NCBI GenBank assembly: GCA_963816145.1
Contig: CAWFJP010000004.1
Location: 480,001 to 544,000 of the forward strand
Origin: an uncultured delta proteobacterium
Lineage (GTDB): Bacteria; Desulfobacterota; Binatia; UBA9968
Reading direction: 5' to 3'
Length of the DNA: 64,000 nucleotides
Shown here: positions 38,988-49,657 of the stretch, one piece after another
How the letters are laid out: the number at the start of each line of letters is the position of its first letter
How positions within the stretch are numbered: the stretch's first letter is position 1
The notes under the pieces: generated by a model
The model's database searches: none
What the model was told of the DNA's origin: nothing
What the model saw: the letters and a program-made list of their open reading frames with translations, nothing else
Position numbers and translations under genes: made by a program

Positions 38988-40445
38988 ATGTCTGAACTTG
39001 CTTACACGGATTTTCGCAGCTTCGTCGAAGAAGCGAAAAGGATCAGCGACTTTCGGATCATCGAAGGGGCGGATTGGGATGCCGAGATCGGAGCGTTGGT
39101 GGAATCCACCGCCGAGTTGGTATCGCAGCCGCCGATGCTGATCTTCGACAAAGTCAAAGGCTACCCGGCTGGGTTTCGGGTTTGCAGCTTGCCCTACGCG
39201 GCCTATCGTAGAGTAGCCTTGGCGCTCGGTTTGCCGACTGACAAGACGAAATTAGAAACTTTGCGCTTGGCAGCGCGCAAAGTGCGCGGCGCCGAGCCGA
39301 TCCCGCCCAAGGAAGTCAGCACCTCGCCGCTCTTCGAGAACAAACTGACTGGCGCCGATGTCGACATGCTGAAATTCCCGGCGTTGCGTTTTCACGAGAA
39401 CGACGGCGGGCGCTATTTCGGCCCCGGCGGTGGTTTGATCAACCGCGATCCCGACAGCGGCTACGTCAACACCGGCACCTATCGCATGCAGCTGCACGAC
39501 AAGAATACGCTTGGTCTGTGGATGAGCCCCGGACAAAATGGCCGGCAGATTTGCGCCAAGTATTGGGACAAGGGGAAGAGCTGCCCGGTGGTGGCAAGTT
39601 ACGGCCAGCATCCGATGGTGTTCATGCCTTCGTACACCAAGTTTCCCTACGGCCGCTCGGAGATGGAGATTTCGGGCGGTTTGATCGGCAGACCGTTGGA
39701 AGTTTTGCGCGGGCCGATTACTGGACTGCCGATTCCCGCGTCTTCCGAGATCGCCATCGAAGGCGAAATACCGCCGCCGTCGGAAGAGGCGCGTGCCGAG
39801 GGACCGTTCGGCGAATGGCCGGGCTATTATTCCGGCGGCACCACCGGCACGGGCGAGAACCAACCGATCATTCGCATCAAAGCGATCTATCATCGCAACG
39901 ATCCGATCCTCGAAGACGAGGCGCCGCTCTGGCCGGGAGCGGTGAAGATGGATCTGCATATCTCCGCCGGCGTGCTGTGGGACCAGCTCGAGAGCGCAGG
40001 CATTCAAGACATCGCCGGCGTCTACAACCATACGTCTTACATGACGGTGGTGTCGATCAAGCAACGCTATCCCGGACATGCCAAGCAAGCGGGGCAAGCG
40101 GCGCTTAGCTGCGCGGCGGGCAATCGCAACGGCCGTTACGTCGTTGTCGTCGACGACGACATCGACCCGACCAACATGAAAGAGGTCTTGTGGGCGATGA
40201 TGACGCGGGTCGATCCGCCGACCAATATCGACATCATCGACGGCTGCTGGTCGACGCCGCTCGATCCGCGCATGCCGCCGGAGAAGCGCGAAAACAAGGA
40301 CCACACCAACGGACGGGCAATTTTCTACGCCGTGCGGCCATATCATTGGAAAGATAAATTCCCCAAAGTCAGCCGGTCGAGTCGCGAGTTGCGCGAGAAG
40401 ACGATCGCCAAGTTTCGGGGAGTCATCCCGTTTCCGGGGGTGTGA
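38988..40445 (+). CDS. UbiD-family (prFMN-dependent) decarboxylase
   Basis: DGGRY, NTGTYR, PASSEIAIEG, EGPFGEWPGYY, VVDDDIDP. Confidence 0.92.
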   Translation: MSELAYTDFRSFVEEAKRISDFRIIEGADWDAEIGALVESTAELVSQPPMLIFDKVKGYPAGFRVCSLPYAAYRRVALALGLPTDKTKLETLRLAARKVRGAEPIPPKEVSTSPLFENKLTGADVDMLKFPALRFHENDGGRYFGPGGGLINRDPDSGYVNTGTYRMQLHDKNTLGLWMSPGQNGRQICAKYWDKGKSCPVVASYGQHPMVFMPSYTKFPYGRSEMEISGGLIGRPLEVLRGPITGLPIPASSEIAIEGEIPPPSEEARAEGPFGEWPGYYSGGTTGTGENQPIIRIKAIYHRNDPILEDEAPLWPGAVKMDLHISAGVLWDQLESAGIQDIAGVYNHTSYMTVVSIKQRYPGHAKQAGQAALSCAAGNRNGRYVVVVDDDIDPTNMKEVLWAMMTRVDPPTNIDIIDGCWSTPLDPRMPPEKRENKDHTNGRAIFYAVRPYHWKDKFPKVSRSSRELREKTIAKFRGVIPFPGV

Positions 40446-40499
40446 TCGGGGAAAGTAATTGACGGGTGACATTCTGTGATCCGACCTCTTCCCCCTTGA

Positions 40500-40631
40500 G
40501 AGACTGTGTCGCAACTGTCATTTCGAGGTGAAGCCGAGAAATCTCTTCTTCATATGTGGCTGAAAACACGAGATCCCTCGCTGCGCTCGGGATGACAAAT
40601 GTGGGGCATTTGCGCATTACGACACAGCCTC
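40500..40631. mobile_element. ~130-bp MITE-like element (copy 1) in the loop of a REP hairpin
   Basis: TIRs GAGACTGTGTCGCAA / TTACGACACAGCCTC; close inverted copy at 61355-61486. Confidence 0.75.
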
Positions 40632-40776
40632 CGACGGGGGAAGGCTAGGATGGGGGTCCTGCGCACGTCATTGAAATTGACGGGCACCCCCACCTCAATC
40701 CTCCCCCGTCAAGGGGGAGGAGGTAATAAAGTCGGAGCACGATAATTCTTTCACAACAGTGTGAGGCTGCAGCATT

Positions 40777-42056
40777 ATGATTTCGCGCGAGGAAAACCAA
40801 CTGCTAACTCAAACCGGCGCCGGCACGCCGTGCGGCGAGTTGCTGCGCCGCTACTGGCAGCCGGTGGCGTTATCGGAGGAGTTGAAAGCTGACGAGGCGC
40901 CTTTAGCTGTGACCTTGATGGGCGAAGAATTGGCGATTTTCCGCGACGACAAGGGGCGCGTCGGCGTGCTCGATGCACATTGCTGCCATCGCGGCGCTGA
41001 TTTGACTTACGGTCGCTTAGAGGATGGCGGTCTGCGCTGCATTTACCACGGCTGGTTGTACGACATTAAAGGTAGAATCCTCGAACAACCCGGAGAGCCC
41101 AATGGCGGCGAAAACCGCGATGCGTTTTGCCAGCCGTCGTTTCCGTGTCAGGAATCCGGCGGGGTGATCTTCGCCTATATCGGACCGGGGAGCCGCCGCT
41201 GTTGCCCAACTACGAGTTTCTCCAAGTGCCGGATGACCACCGCTTCGTTTCCAAGATTCATCACTCGTGCAACTACCTGCAGTCCAACGAAGGCAACATC
41301 GATCCGGTGCATCTGTCGTTTTTACATCGCAAGCTGGAGTTGACCGAACTCGACAAGCAACGGCGCGTCACCGGCAGCGAAAGTTCGCCGAATGCTTTAT
41401 TCGGCGCCGATCTGGCGCCGCGCATCGAGTTGGAGCTCACCGATTTCGGCGTGCGAATTTTCACCGTGCGCGATATCGAAGACGAAAAGATTTATTTTCG
41501 CACCTCCAACTTCATCATGCCCAACTTTAGCACCTTCCCCGGGCAAACGGCGGCGGAAGGATATTCGGTCAACTGGCATGTGCCCATCGACGATTACAAT
41601 CACTGGAAATTCGTCATAGTTTTCAGCCGCAAGCGGGCGTTGGTACGCGAAATGATGTTGCGCGGGCGCGACGAATTGACCGCCGACTATCATATGGTAC
41701 GCAACAAGGCGAATCGTTATCTGCAAGACCGCGAGTCGATGAAGAACAAATCGTTCAGCGGTATCGGACATAATTTTCAGGCCCAGGATGCTTGTGTGAT
41801 CGAAGGCGCCGGCGCGATTCAAAATCGTACTAAAGAACATCTGGTGACCTCGGATAAAGCCATCGTCGCGGCGCGCAAGTTGTTGCTCAAGGGGATTCAG
41901 GACGTAAAAGAGGGCCGCGATCCGTTGCATGTCATCCGCGATCCCAAGGCTAACCATTTTTCGCATCTGGCAGTGATCTCCGAGGTGACGCCGAAGGCGG
42001 CGGATATTCGGGCTATCGTGCAGGAAAAGATTAGGCAGCAGAGCGCGATGAGTTAA
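40777..42056 (+). CDS. Rieske oxygenase alpha subunit (phthalate 4,5-dioxygenase/LigX-like), frameshift ~41188
   Basis: CCHRG..CIYHGW; EGNIDPVHLSFLH; QDAC; frameshift within a G run. Confidence 0.9.
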
Positions 42057-42077
42057 ACCAGATGCTTTGTTCTCTCA

Positions 42078-42177
42078 ACCCTCGCCCACGAAGTGGGAGA
42101 GGGAAGGGTGAGGGTCATGGCATCGCTCAAACCGAGCCCTCACCCCGACCCTCTCCCATCGGAATGGGCGAGGGTGA
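42078..42177. repeat. REP doublet (paired CCCTC..GAGGG hairpins)
   Basis: ACCCTCGCCCACGAAGTGGGAGAGGG ... ACCCTCTCCCATCGGAATGGGCGAGGGT. Confidence 0.7.
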
Positions 42178-42197
42178 TATCGGATTGTGGGAAGTAT

Positions 42198-43385
42198 ATG
42201 AATGATATTCTCCGGCTAGGCATGGCAGGCTTGGGCGTGGCGAGCACGCAGATCCTGCCGCCGATCGCCAAGTTGCCGTTTATCAGAATCACCGCGGCCG
42301 CGGATATGCGCGCGGACGCGGTGGCGAAGTTCCGCGAGCAGTATCGGGCCGAAGGTTACACCAGTGTCGAGGAACTCTGTGCTAGCCCGAACGTCGACGC
42401 GATCTACATCGCCACCCCCAACTCGCTCCACGCCGAGCACGCGATCATCGCCGCCAAGCACAAAAAGCATATCATCGTCGAAAAGCCCATGGCGATGAAC
42501 CTGGCGGAATGCGATGCGATGAATGAAGCGGCGGATCGATACGGCGTCAAATTGCTCTGCGGCCACACCCACAGCTTCGATCCGCCGATCCGCAAGATTC
42601 GCGAGATCGTCAAAAGCGGCGAGTTGGGGAAGCTGTGCATGATCCACAGCTGGAACTACAACGAGTTCATGTACCGGCCGCGCATGAAGCATGAGCTGGC
42701 GATGACCCGCGGCGTCGTGCTCAACCAAGGACCGCACCATGTCGATATCGTGCGCCTGATCGGCGGCGGCATGGTTCGCAGTGTGCGCGCCATGACCGGC
42801 GTCTGGGACCCGGCGCGCGAGTGGGAAGGCAGCTACAGCTGTTATCTCGAATTCGCAGACGGCACGCCGGCGACGCTGGTTTACAGCGGCTATGGCTTTT
42901 TCGACACCGCGGAGTTATTCGACTGGGTCGGCGAGGGCGGCCAGCATCGAGCGCCGGAGACGAATTTGTCGGTGCGCGCCAAGCTCCGCGAAGTGCGCAC
43001 CGCAGAGGAAGAAGAGCAGTTGAAGGAAGGCATGCGTTTCGGCGGCAGTCGTGAGGGCGAGTTCAGTCATGTCTGGAGCGGCGAGCGCAGGCAGCCGTTC
43101 TTCGGCCACACCGTGGTGAGCTGTCAGAAGGGCGACATCCGCCAGACGCCGGATGGTTTGAAAATCTACGGCGAGACCGAGCAACGCGAGATCAATTTGC
43201 CGGCGGGCAGCCGCGGCCGCGAGGCGGAAGTCGAAGAACTCTACGACGCCGTGGTCAAGGGCCGGCCGGTGTTTCACGGCGGCCGTTGGGGGGCGGCGAC
43301 TTTGGAGGTTTGTTTGGCTATGCTGGAGTCCGCGAAGCAGCGCAAGGAAATCCTGCTGTCGCATCAGGTGCCGAGTCCGGAGTAA
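42198..43385 (+). CDS. Gfo/Idh/MocA oxidoreductase, phthalate dihydrodiol dehydrogenase (Pht4/OphB)-like
   Basis: GMAGLG, YIATP, VEKPMA, GHTHSFD, MYRPR, NQGPHHVD, YSGYGFFD, W.ATLEVCLA. Confidence 0.85.
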   Translation: MNDILRLGMAGLGVASTQILPPIAKLPFIRITAAADMRADAVAKFREQYRAEGYTSVEELCASPNVDAIYIATPNSLHAEHAIIAAKHKKHIIVEKPMAMNLAECDAMNEAADRYGVKLLCGHTHSFDPPIRKIREIVKSGELGKLCMIHSWNYNEFMYRPRMKHELAMTRGVVLNQGPHHVDIVRLIGGGMVRSVRAMTGVWDPAREWEGSYSCYLEFADGTPATLVYSGYGFFDTAELFDWVGEGGQHRAPETNLSVRAKLREVRTAEEEEQLKEGMRFGGSREGEFSHVWSGERRQPFFGHTVVSCQKGDIRQTPDGLKIYGETEQREINLPAGSRGREAEVEELYDAVVKGRPVFHGGRWGAATLEVCLAMLESAKQRKEILLSHQVPSPE

Positions 43386-43523
43386 AAAACGTTCAAGGTT
43401 CAAGGGTTCAAAGTTCAAGGTTCCGGATTGTCTTATTTCTCCATGGGAGACTGTGTCGTCATGCGGAGATCTTTCGTTCCTGTCATCCCGAGCGGCGCGA
43501 GGGAACTCGTTTTTGAGACGATT

Positions 43524-44654
43524 ATGAAATTTCCGACGGGTCTTTTGTTGCTGGCGGTTCTTTGCTGCGCTGTTATTCCAGCCTTCGCGGCCGAGTCCAA
43601 ACCCGCTTGGCAGGCCGAATGGGAGCGGACGGTCAAGGCCGCGGAGGACGAAGGGCAGTTGACGGTCTACATCGCCGGCTACGGCGCGTTGATCGATTCG
43701 GGGCTGTTTCAGAAGGCTTACCCGAAAATCAAGGTGACCAGCGTCACCGGTTCGGGCACGCAGCTCGCGCCGCGCATCGTCGCCGAGCGGCGCGCCGAAA
43801 AATACCTCGCCGACGTTTACAGCGGCGGCGGCGGGTCCCTGTATCAAAACCTCTACCTCGGCAAAATGCTTGATCCAATCAAGCCGGCGCTGATCTTGCC
43901 GGAAGTCGTCGACTCGACTAAATGGTGGGAAGGAAAACTAAAATACGTCGACCGTGAGGGGCGTTACATTATTGTTTATGAAGCTAACGTAGCCGCCGGG
44001 GCGAGTCCGGCTTACAACACCAATCTGATCAACCCCAAAGACTACAAATCCCTGTGGGACTTTCTAAACCCCAAGCTGAAAGGCAAGATCGTCTCCCCCG
44101 ACATCAGGCGCGTGCGCGGTTCCGGACCATCGTTTCAGTATCTTTACTATCATGCCGACCTCGGCCCCGAATTCATGCGCCGATTTTACAGCGAGATGGA
44201 TGTGACGCTGACGGCCGATCTGCGCCAGGCTATGGATTGGCTCTCGGCGGGCAAGTTTGCGTTGTCGATGCCGACGCAAAGTTCTTCGACCGCTAAAGCC
44301 AAGGCTCAGGGGTTGCCAGTGGATGAATTCGATCCGCATCACTTTAAAGAGGGCCCGAGCATCTCCGTGGCATTTGGCCAACTTGCATTGATGAACCGCG
44401 CGCCCCATCCCAACGCGGCCAAGGTATTTGTCAATTGGCTGCTTTCGCGCGAAGGGCAAAGCGCCTTCCAGCGCATAATCAGCACGCCGGGAGAAGCGAA
44501 AAACTCGCGGCGCATCGACGTGCCGAAGGATCACATTCCGGCGGCGGAGCGGCGCGTCGACGGCGGAAAGTATTTTGATCCGGACGACCTGAATTCTCGG
44601 GATATTACCCCGGTGACCAAGTTGATGGATGAGATTTTTGCCGGTAAGAAGTAA
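43524..44654 (+). CDS. Extracellular solute-binding protein (AfuA-like), array member 1
   Basis: Signal peptide; WQAEWERTVKAA; APHPNAAKVFVNW; SRRIDVPKD. Confidence 0.88.
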   Translation: MKFPTGLLLLAVLCCAVIPAFAAESKPAWQAEWERTVKAAEDEGQLTVYIAGYGALIDSGLFQKAYPKIKVTSVTGSGTQLAPRIVAERRAEKYLADVYSGGGGSLYQNLYLGKMLDPIKPALILPEVVDSTKWWEGKLKYVDREGRYIIVYEANVAAGASPAYNTNLINPKDYKSLWDFLNPKLKGKIVSPDIRRVRGSGPSFQYLYYHADLGPEFMRRFYSEMDVTLTADLRQAMDWLSAGKFALSMPTQSSSTAKAKAQGLPVDEFDPHHFKEGPSISVAFGQLALMNRAPHPNAAKVFVNWLLSREGQSAFQRIISTPGEAKNSRRIDVPKDHIPAAERRVDGGKYFDPDDLNSRDITPVTKLMDEIFAGKK

Positions 44655-44728
44655 CCGGGCCTGTTGCGCACGGAAGATTGAAAATAGAAGATAGCGCGTC
44701 CAGGCGCCAATGTTAGAGGGGGCTTGCA

Positions 44729-45910
44729 ATGATAACAGCAGAAGAAAATGAAATGCTGACCAAAGTCGGGCCCGGCACGCCGGCGGGCGAATTGCTGCGG
44801 CGCTATTGGCACCCGATTTCAATTGCTGCGGATATTACGCCTGAGAGCCCGACAAAGTTCGTGCGTATTCTCGGGGAAGACCTGGTGCTTTATCAGACGC
44901 CGAACGGGGAAGCTGGCCTGCTTCATGATCGTTGCCCGCACCGTGGCGCGTCTCTCTCCTATGGCCGCTGCGAAGAGCGCGGAATCTCTTGCGCCTATCA
45001 TGGTTGGTTGTTCAACAGCAAAGGCGACTGTTTGGAGACGCCGGCGGAGCCGGCGGATAGTAAGTTTCATCTAACGGTGAAGCAAAAAGCCTACCCGGTG
45101 AAAAAACTTGCCGGCCTGTACTGGGCATATATGGGACCGCTGCCGGCGCCGGAAATACCCAAGTGGGATGTCTGGGCGCGCACCGACGGCTGGCATTGGC
45201 TCCGCGCCCTGCCGACGCTCGACTGTAATTGGTTGCAGGCTATGGAGAACTCGGTCGACACGACGCATCTGCACATACTCCACCAGGAGCTGGTCACCGA
45301 TGGCTTTGAGGTCACCAGTACAACCCGCGGCACCATCGACAATTTAGACATGTACGAGACCGAAGAGTTTGAATATGGAATCATCAAACGGCGGGTGTTC
45401 GGCGACGGCAAAATCGAAGAACATCCGTTGTTGTTTCCCACCTGGCTGCGTCAGGCCAATCGCACGCAAATCCGCGTGCCGATCGACGACACGCACACCT
45501 ATGTTGTCTACGTTCACTTTGTTCCCGACGCCGCCGGGCCGCGTCCGGCCGGCGGCGAGGTGCCTGTCAATTACCGCAGGCCTTTCAAAAACCCACCGGA
45601 TCAACGCCATCCGATCGCCAAACATCGCCTCGACGAGGTCGACGCTCAGGATTTCATGGCTTGGGAAACTCAAGGGCCGATTCATGACCGGACCCGCGAG
45701 CGGCTCAGCACCTCGGATCGCGGCATCGTTGTTTACCGCGAGATGCTAACCCGTGAGATCAAGAAAGTGCAGCGGGGCTTGGAGCCGATGAACGTCTTCC
45801 GGGATCCCAACGGCCCGATCATCGACACCAAGCTAGAGGAGTCGGTAAAGGTCGGAAAAGCCGGCGGCTTCGCGCATATTTTGCCACCGAAGGCGACGAG
45901 AGAAGCTTAA
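44729..45910 (+). CDS. Rieske oxygenase alpha subunit
   Basis: CPHRG..CAYHGW; ENSVDTTHLHILH; QDFMAWETQG. Confidence 0.92.
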   Translation: MITAEENEMLTKVGPGTPAGELLRRYWHPISIAADITPESPTKFVRILGEDLVLYQTPNGEAGLLHDRCPHRGASLSYGRCEERGISCAYHGWLFNSKGDCLETPAEPADSKFHLTVKQKAYPVKKLAGLYWAYMGPLPAPEIPKWDVWARTDGWHWLRALPTLDCNWLQAMENSVDTTHLHILHQELVTDGFEVTSTTRGTIDNLDMYETEEFEYGIIKRRVFGDGKIEEHPLLFPTWLRQANRTQIRVPIDDTHTYVVYVHFVPDAAGPRPAGGEVPVNYRRPFKNPPDQRHPIAKHRLDEVDAQDFMAWETQGPIHDRTRERLSTSDRGIVVYREMLTREIKKVQRGLEPMNVFRDPNGPIIDTKLEESVKVGKAGGFAHILPPKATREA

Positions 45911-46128
45911 CTGCATTTAGCGCAAGAGTGGGATTGTTAATCTTTGCGTTGCGACCGAGCGCTCTCGTTTCAATCGAGGGCATCCAACCGAACGCTGCAG
46001 GACTGAATTCCCACTTTGCGAAATTTGACGCGAACTCCTTCATTGCAGCGGAGGCCGGCAGCTTTCTCAGCTCTAGTCGAGCGGACGTTTACGAGCGCTT
46101 CGTGGTTCAAAGACAGGGAGAGCGAAAC

Positions 46129-47262
46129 GTGAGACAAAAAGCGCTGCTTTCCGTGGTTTTATTGCTGCTGTGCTTTGCCGGGATCACGAGCGCCGCCGAA
46201 ACCAAACCGGCTTGGCAGCGCGAGTGGGAGAGAATTCTCGAAGCGGCGAAGAAAGAAGGCTCGCTATCGCTCTACCTCTTTCAGGGCGAGGGCGAGCTCG
46301 GCGCGGTGGCGCAGCTGTTTCAAAAAAAATATCCGGAGATCAATGTCATTACGACTACCGGCCGGGGCAATACGCTTGGGCCGCGTATCATGGCGGAGCG
46401 GCGTGCCGGCAAGTTTTTGGTTGATGCTTATATCAGCGGGGTGACGACGGCCTATGAAGTGTTTTATCGGGCGAAAATCCTCGACAGCGTGCGCGCGGCG
46501 CTGATCCTTCCCGAGGTCCTCGATGAGTCCAAGTGGTTGCTCGGCCAGCATCACTACGTCGACCCGGAGAACCGTTATATATTTGTCTATCTCGGCAATG
46601 TCGACAATTATGTCTCGTACCATACCAAGTCGGTGGAGGCGGGTGAGATTCGTTCCTACTGGGACTTTCTCCAACCCAAGTGGAAAGGCAAGATTCTCTC
46701 GCGAGATCCGAAGATATCCGGTAGCCAGCGCATCGGCCTACGGATGTTTTATCATACGCCGGAGTTGGGGCCCGAGTTTATCCGGCGCCTGTATGGCGAG
46801 ATGGATCTGACGTTGACTCAAGAAATCCGCCAGGCGACGGATTGGCTGGGGAGCGGGAAGTTCGCCATTTGTTTTTTCTGCTCGGAAATTCTGCGGGCGA
46901 AGGAGCAGGGGGTGCCGGTCGATGAATTTCGCACGGCGCAGTGGAAAGAAAGCCGGGCGATTTCCGCCGGCAACAAAGGCTCCATAGCGTTGCCGACCCA
47001 ACCGCCGCATCCGAACGCGGCACGTTTGTTCGTCAATTGGCTGCTTTCGCGCGAAGGTCAGACGGCGTTGCAGCGCGCGGCAAACACGCCGTTCAATTCC
47101 GAGGAATCGCTGCGCACGGATGTGCCAAAGGACATGGTGCGCAGTGAAGTGCGGCGCATCGATGGCGTCAAATACTTAATGGCGGAAAAGCCGGAGTATA
47201 TGGACATGGCGCCGATTCAGGAGATCGTCGAGAAGGCGTTGGCGCAGGGGAAGAAGAAGTAA
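46129..47262 (+). CDS. Extracellular solute-binding protein, array member 2
   Basis: GTG after GGGAG RBS; WQREWERILEAAKKEG; ICFFC. Confidence 0.88.
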   Translation: MRQKALLSVVLLLLCFAGITSAAETKPAWQREWERILEAAKKEGSLSLYLFQGEGELGAVAQLFQKKYPEINVITTTGRGNTLGPRIMAERRAGKFLVDAYISGVTTAYEVFYRAKILDSVRAALILPEVLDESKWLLGQHHYVDPENRYIFVYLGNVDNYVSYHTKSVEAGEIRSYWDFLQPKWKGKILSRDPKISGSQRIGLRMFYHTPELGPEFIRRLYGEMDLTLTQEIRQATDWLGSGKFAICFFCSEILRAKEQGVPVDEFRTAQWKESRAISAGNKGSIALPTQPPHPNAARLFVNWLLSREGQTALQRAANTPFNSEESLRTDVPKDMVRSEVRRIDGVKYLMAEKPEYMDMAPIQEIVEKALAQGKKK

Positions 47263-47368
47263 GGCGCCAGGAGTAACGGGTGCAGAAAAAAGCCAGTTGA
47301 GCGTCTCAAGGCGGCGAAAAAAAGTTAATAAATAATTGAGAATGGAGAATGGAATCTTGAATAGACGG

Positions 47369-48487
47369 ATGACGATCGTATCTAGATTTGTTTTGGCAAT
47401 GGTATTTTGCGGGGCAGCGAGTGTCGCTTTGGCTGCGCAGGCGAAGCCGGCTTGGCAAGCGGAGTGGGAGAAAGTCGTCGAAGCAGCCAAGAAAGAAGGC
47501 CAGCTGTCGATTTACATCAGCGGCTATGAGGAGGTGCTGCCGGATTTCCAAAAGGAGTATCCGGAAATCAAGGTTGCGCCGATCACCGGCCGCGGCAGTC
47601 AGGTCGGCCAGCGTCTGCTCGCCGAGCGGCGCGCCGATAAGTTTCTTGCCGATGTCGTCAGTGCCGGCGGCGTGACGACGTATCAGCAACTGTTCCCGGG
47701 GAAAGTCTTCGACCCGATCAAACCGGCGCTGCTGTTGCCGGAGATCAACGACGTCACCAAGTGGTATCAAGGCAAGCACCACTATGCCGACCCGGAGAAT
47801 CAATACATTTTCAGCTATGTCGGCACCGCGACCTACGGGTCGGTGAACTACAATACCAAACTGGTCGACGTGAAAGATTTCAAATCCTATTGGGACCTGC
47901 TCAATCCCAAGTGGAAAGGAAAAATCATCTCGCGGGATGTTCGCGTGCCCGGCCCCGGTTCAGGCAATGCGCGGTTGTTTTACTACTTGCCGGATGTCGG
48001 ACCCTCGTTTATCAAAAAACTGTACGGCGAAATGGACGTGACTTTGTTTCGCGACTACCGCCAAGGCAGCGACTGGCTCGCCGTCGGTAAGGCGGCGATC
48101 TGTTTTTTCTGCGAGGTCGATGTGTCCAAGCAGCAGGGGCTGCCGGTGGATACCTTCGGCCCTGGGGTTTTCAAGGAAGGCGCCGGCCTGGTGCAGCAAT
48201 TCGGCACCCTCGGGCTGGTAAACCGCGCGCCCCATCCCAACGCCGCGAAAGTCTACATCAACTGGTTGCTGTCGCGCAGAGGCCAGATCGCCCTGCAGAA
48301 AAACATGCTCAAAACCGAGAATCCCACCGATTCGTTGCGCATCGATATTCCCAAGGACGATGTGCCGGTGCTCCAGCGCCGGGTCGAAGGCGTGAAGTAC
48401 CTCGACACCAGCCGGCCGGAGTGGCAGGAGATGAAACCGATCTTGGATGTCATGAATGAGGCGCTCAAGGCGGCGGGGAAGAGTTGA
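47369..48487 (+). CDS. Extracellular solute-binding protein, array member 3
   Basis: WQAEWEKVVEAAKKEG; ICFFC; ends ALKAAGKS. Confidence 0.88.
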   Translation: MTIVSRFVLAMVFCGAASVALAAQAKPAWQAEWEKVVEAAKKEGQLSIYISGYEEVLPDFQKEYPEIKVAPITGRGSQVGQRLLAERRADKFLADVVSAGGVTTYQQLFPGKVFDPIKPALLLPEINDVTKWYQGKHHYADPENQYIFSYVGTATYGSVNYNTKLVDVKDFKSYWDLLNPKWKGKIISRDVRVPGPGSGNARLFYYLPDVGPSFIKKLYGEMDVTLFRDYRQGSDWLAVGKAAICFFCEVDVSKQQGLPVDTFGPGVFKEGAGLVQQFGTLGLVNRAPHPNAAKVYINWLLSRRGQIALQKNMLKTENPTDSLRIDIPKDDVPVLQRRVEGVKYLDTSRPEWQEMKPILDVMNEALKAAGKS

Positions 48488-48520
48488 ACTAATGGATAAT
48501 TGAGAATGGAGAATTGAAAA

Positions 48521-49645
48521 TTGTTACTGAGAGTCGCTGCGGTAAGTAGTGTTTTTTTGGCGATCTTTGGTCTCGCAGTTGGAGCTTTAGCGGCCCAGCC
48601 AAAACCCGCCTGGCAGCGGGAGTGGGAGACGACCCTCGACGCGGCCAAAAAAGAAGGGCAGGTCGTGGTTTACATTGGTGGCTACGAAGCGGTGCTGCCG
48701 GACTTTGAAAAGGAATTTCCGGAGATCAAGCTCGTGGTCGTTCCGGCGCGCGGCGCGCAAATCGTCCAACGGTTGATCAGCGAGCGCCGCGGCGACAAAT
48801 ATCTCGCTGATGTCGTCAGCACGGGAGCGAATGCGACCTACCAGCAGCTCTATCCGGCCAAAGTATTGGATCCGATCAAACCGGCGCTAATTCTTCCTGA
48901 GATAATCGACCCATCCAAATGGTATGAAGGAAAGCACCATTACGCCGACCCCGAGGGCCAATACGTTTTCAACTATGTCGGTTCGGCGACCTACGGATCG
49001 GTGAATTACAACACCAAGCTGGTCGATACGAAGGAGTTTAAATCTTACTGGGATCTGCTGAGTCCAAAATGGAAGGATAAAATCGTCGCCCGCGATGTTC
49101 GCGCGCCCGGCCCCGGCGGCGGTAACGCCCGCTTCTTTTATTATCATCCCGAGTTGGGCGCGCCGTTTATTCGAAAACTCTACGGCGAGATGAATTTGAC
49201 TTTGTTTCGTGATTTTCGCCAGGGGCCGGATTGGCTGGCGGCGGGAAAGTTCGCCATCTGTTTTTCCTGCGACGTGGAGATACCGAAGCAGCAGGGCTTA
49301 CCCGTGGACACCTTCGGGCCGCGGGTTTTCAAAGAAGGCGGCGGCTTGGTCCAGGCGTTCGGCACTTTAACGCTGGTCAATCGCGCGCCGCATCCCAACG
49401 CGGCCAAGGTTTTTGTCAATTGGCTATTATCGCGCCGCGGCCAGATGGCTTTGCAAAAGCGCTTGAGCACCGGCGAAAGCCCCGGTGATTCTCTGCGCAT
49501 CGACATTCCCAAAGACGATGTGCCGCTGCTAAACCGACGGCTGGAAGGCGTTAGGTATGTCGACACGGGCAGACCCGAGATGCTCGAGATGAAACCGATT
49601 CTAGACGTCGTGAATGAGGCGCTGAAAGCAGCGGGAAAGAGCTAG
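48521..49645 (+). CDS. Extracellular solute-binding protein, array member 4
   Basis: Close paralog of member 3; ICFSC; ends ALKAAGKS. Confidence 0.88.
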   Translation: MLLRVAAVSSVFLAIFGLAVGALAAQPKPAWQREWETTLDAAKKEGQVVVYIGGYEAVLPDFEKEFPEIKLVVVPARGAQIVQRLISERRGDKYLADVVSTGANATYQQLYPAKVLDPIKPALILPEIIDPSKWYEGKHHYADPEGQYVFNYVGSATYGSVNYNTKLVDTKEFKSYWDLLSPKWKDKIVARDVRAPGPGGGNARFFYYHPELGAPFIRKLYGEMNLTLFRDFRQGPDWLAAGKFAICFSCDVEIPKQQGLPVDTFGPRVFKEGGGLVQAFGTLTLVNRAPHPNAAKVFVNWLLSRRGQMALQKRLSTGESPGDSLRIDIPKDDVPLLNRRLEGVRYVDTGRPEMLEMKPILDVVNEALKAAGKS

Positions 49646-49657
49646 GTTAATGGATAA

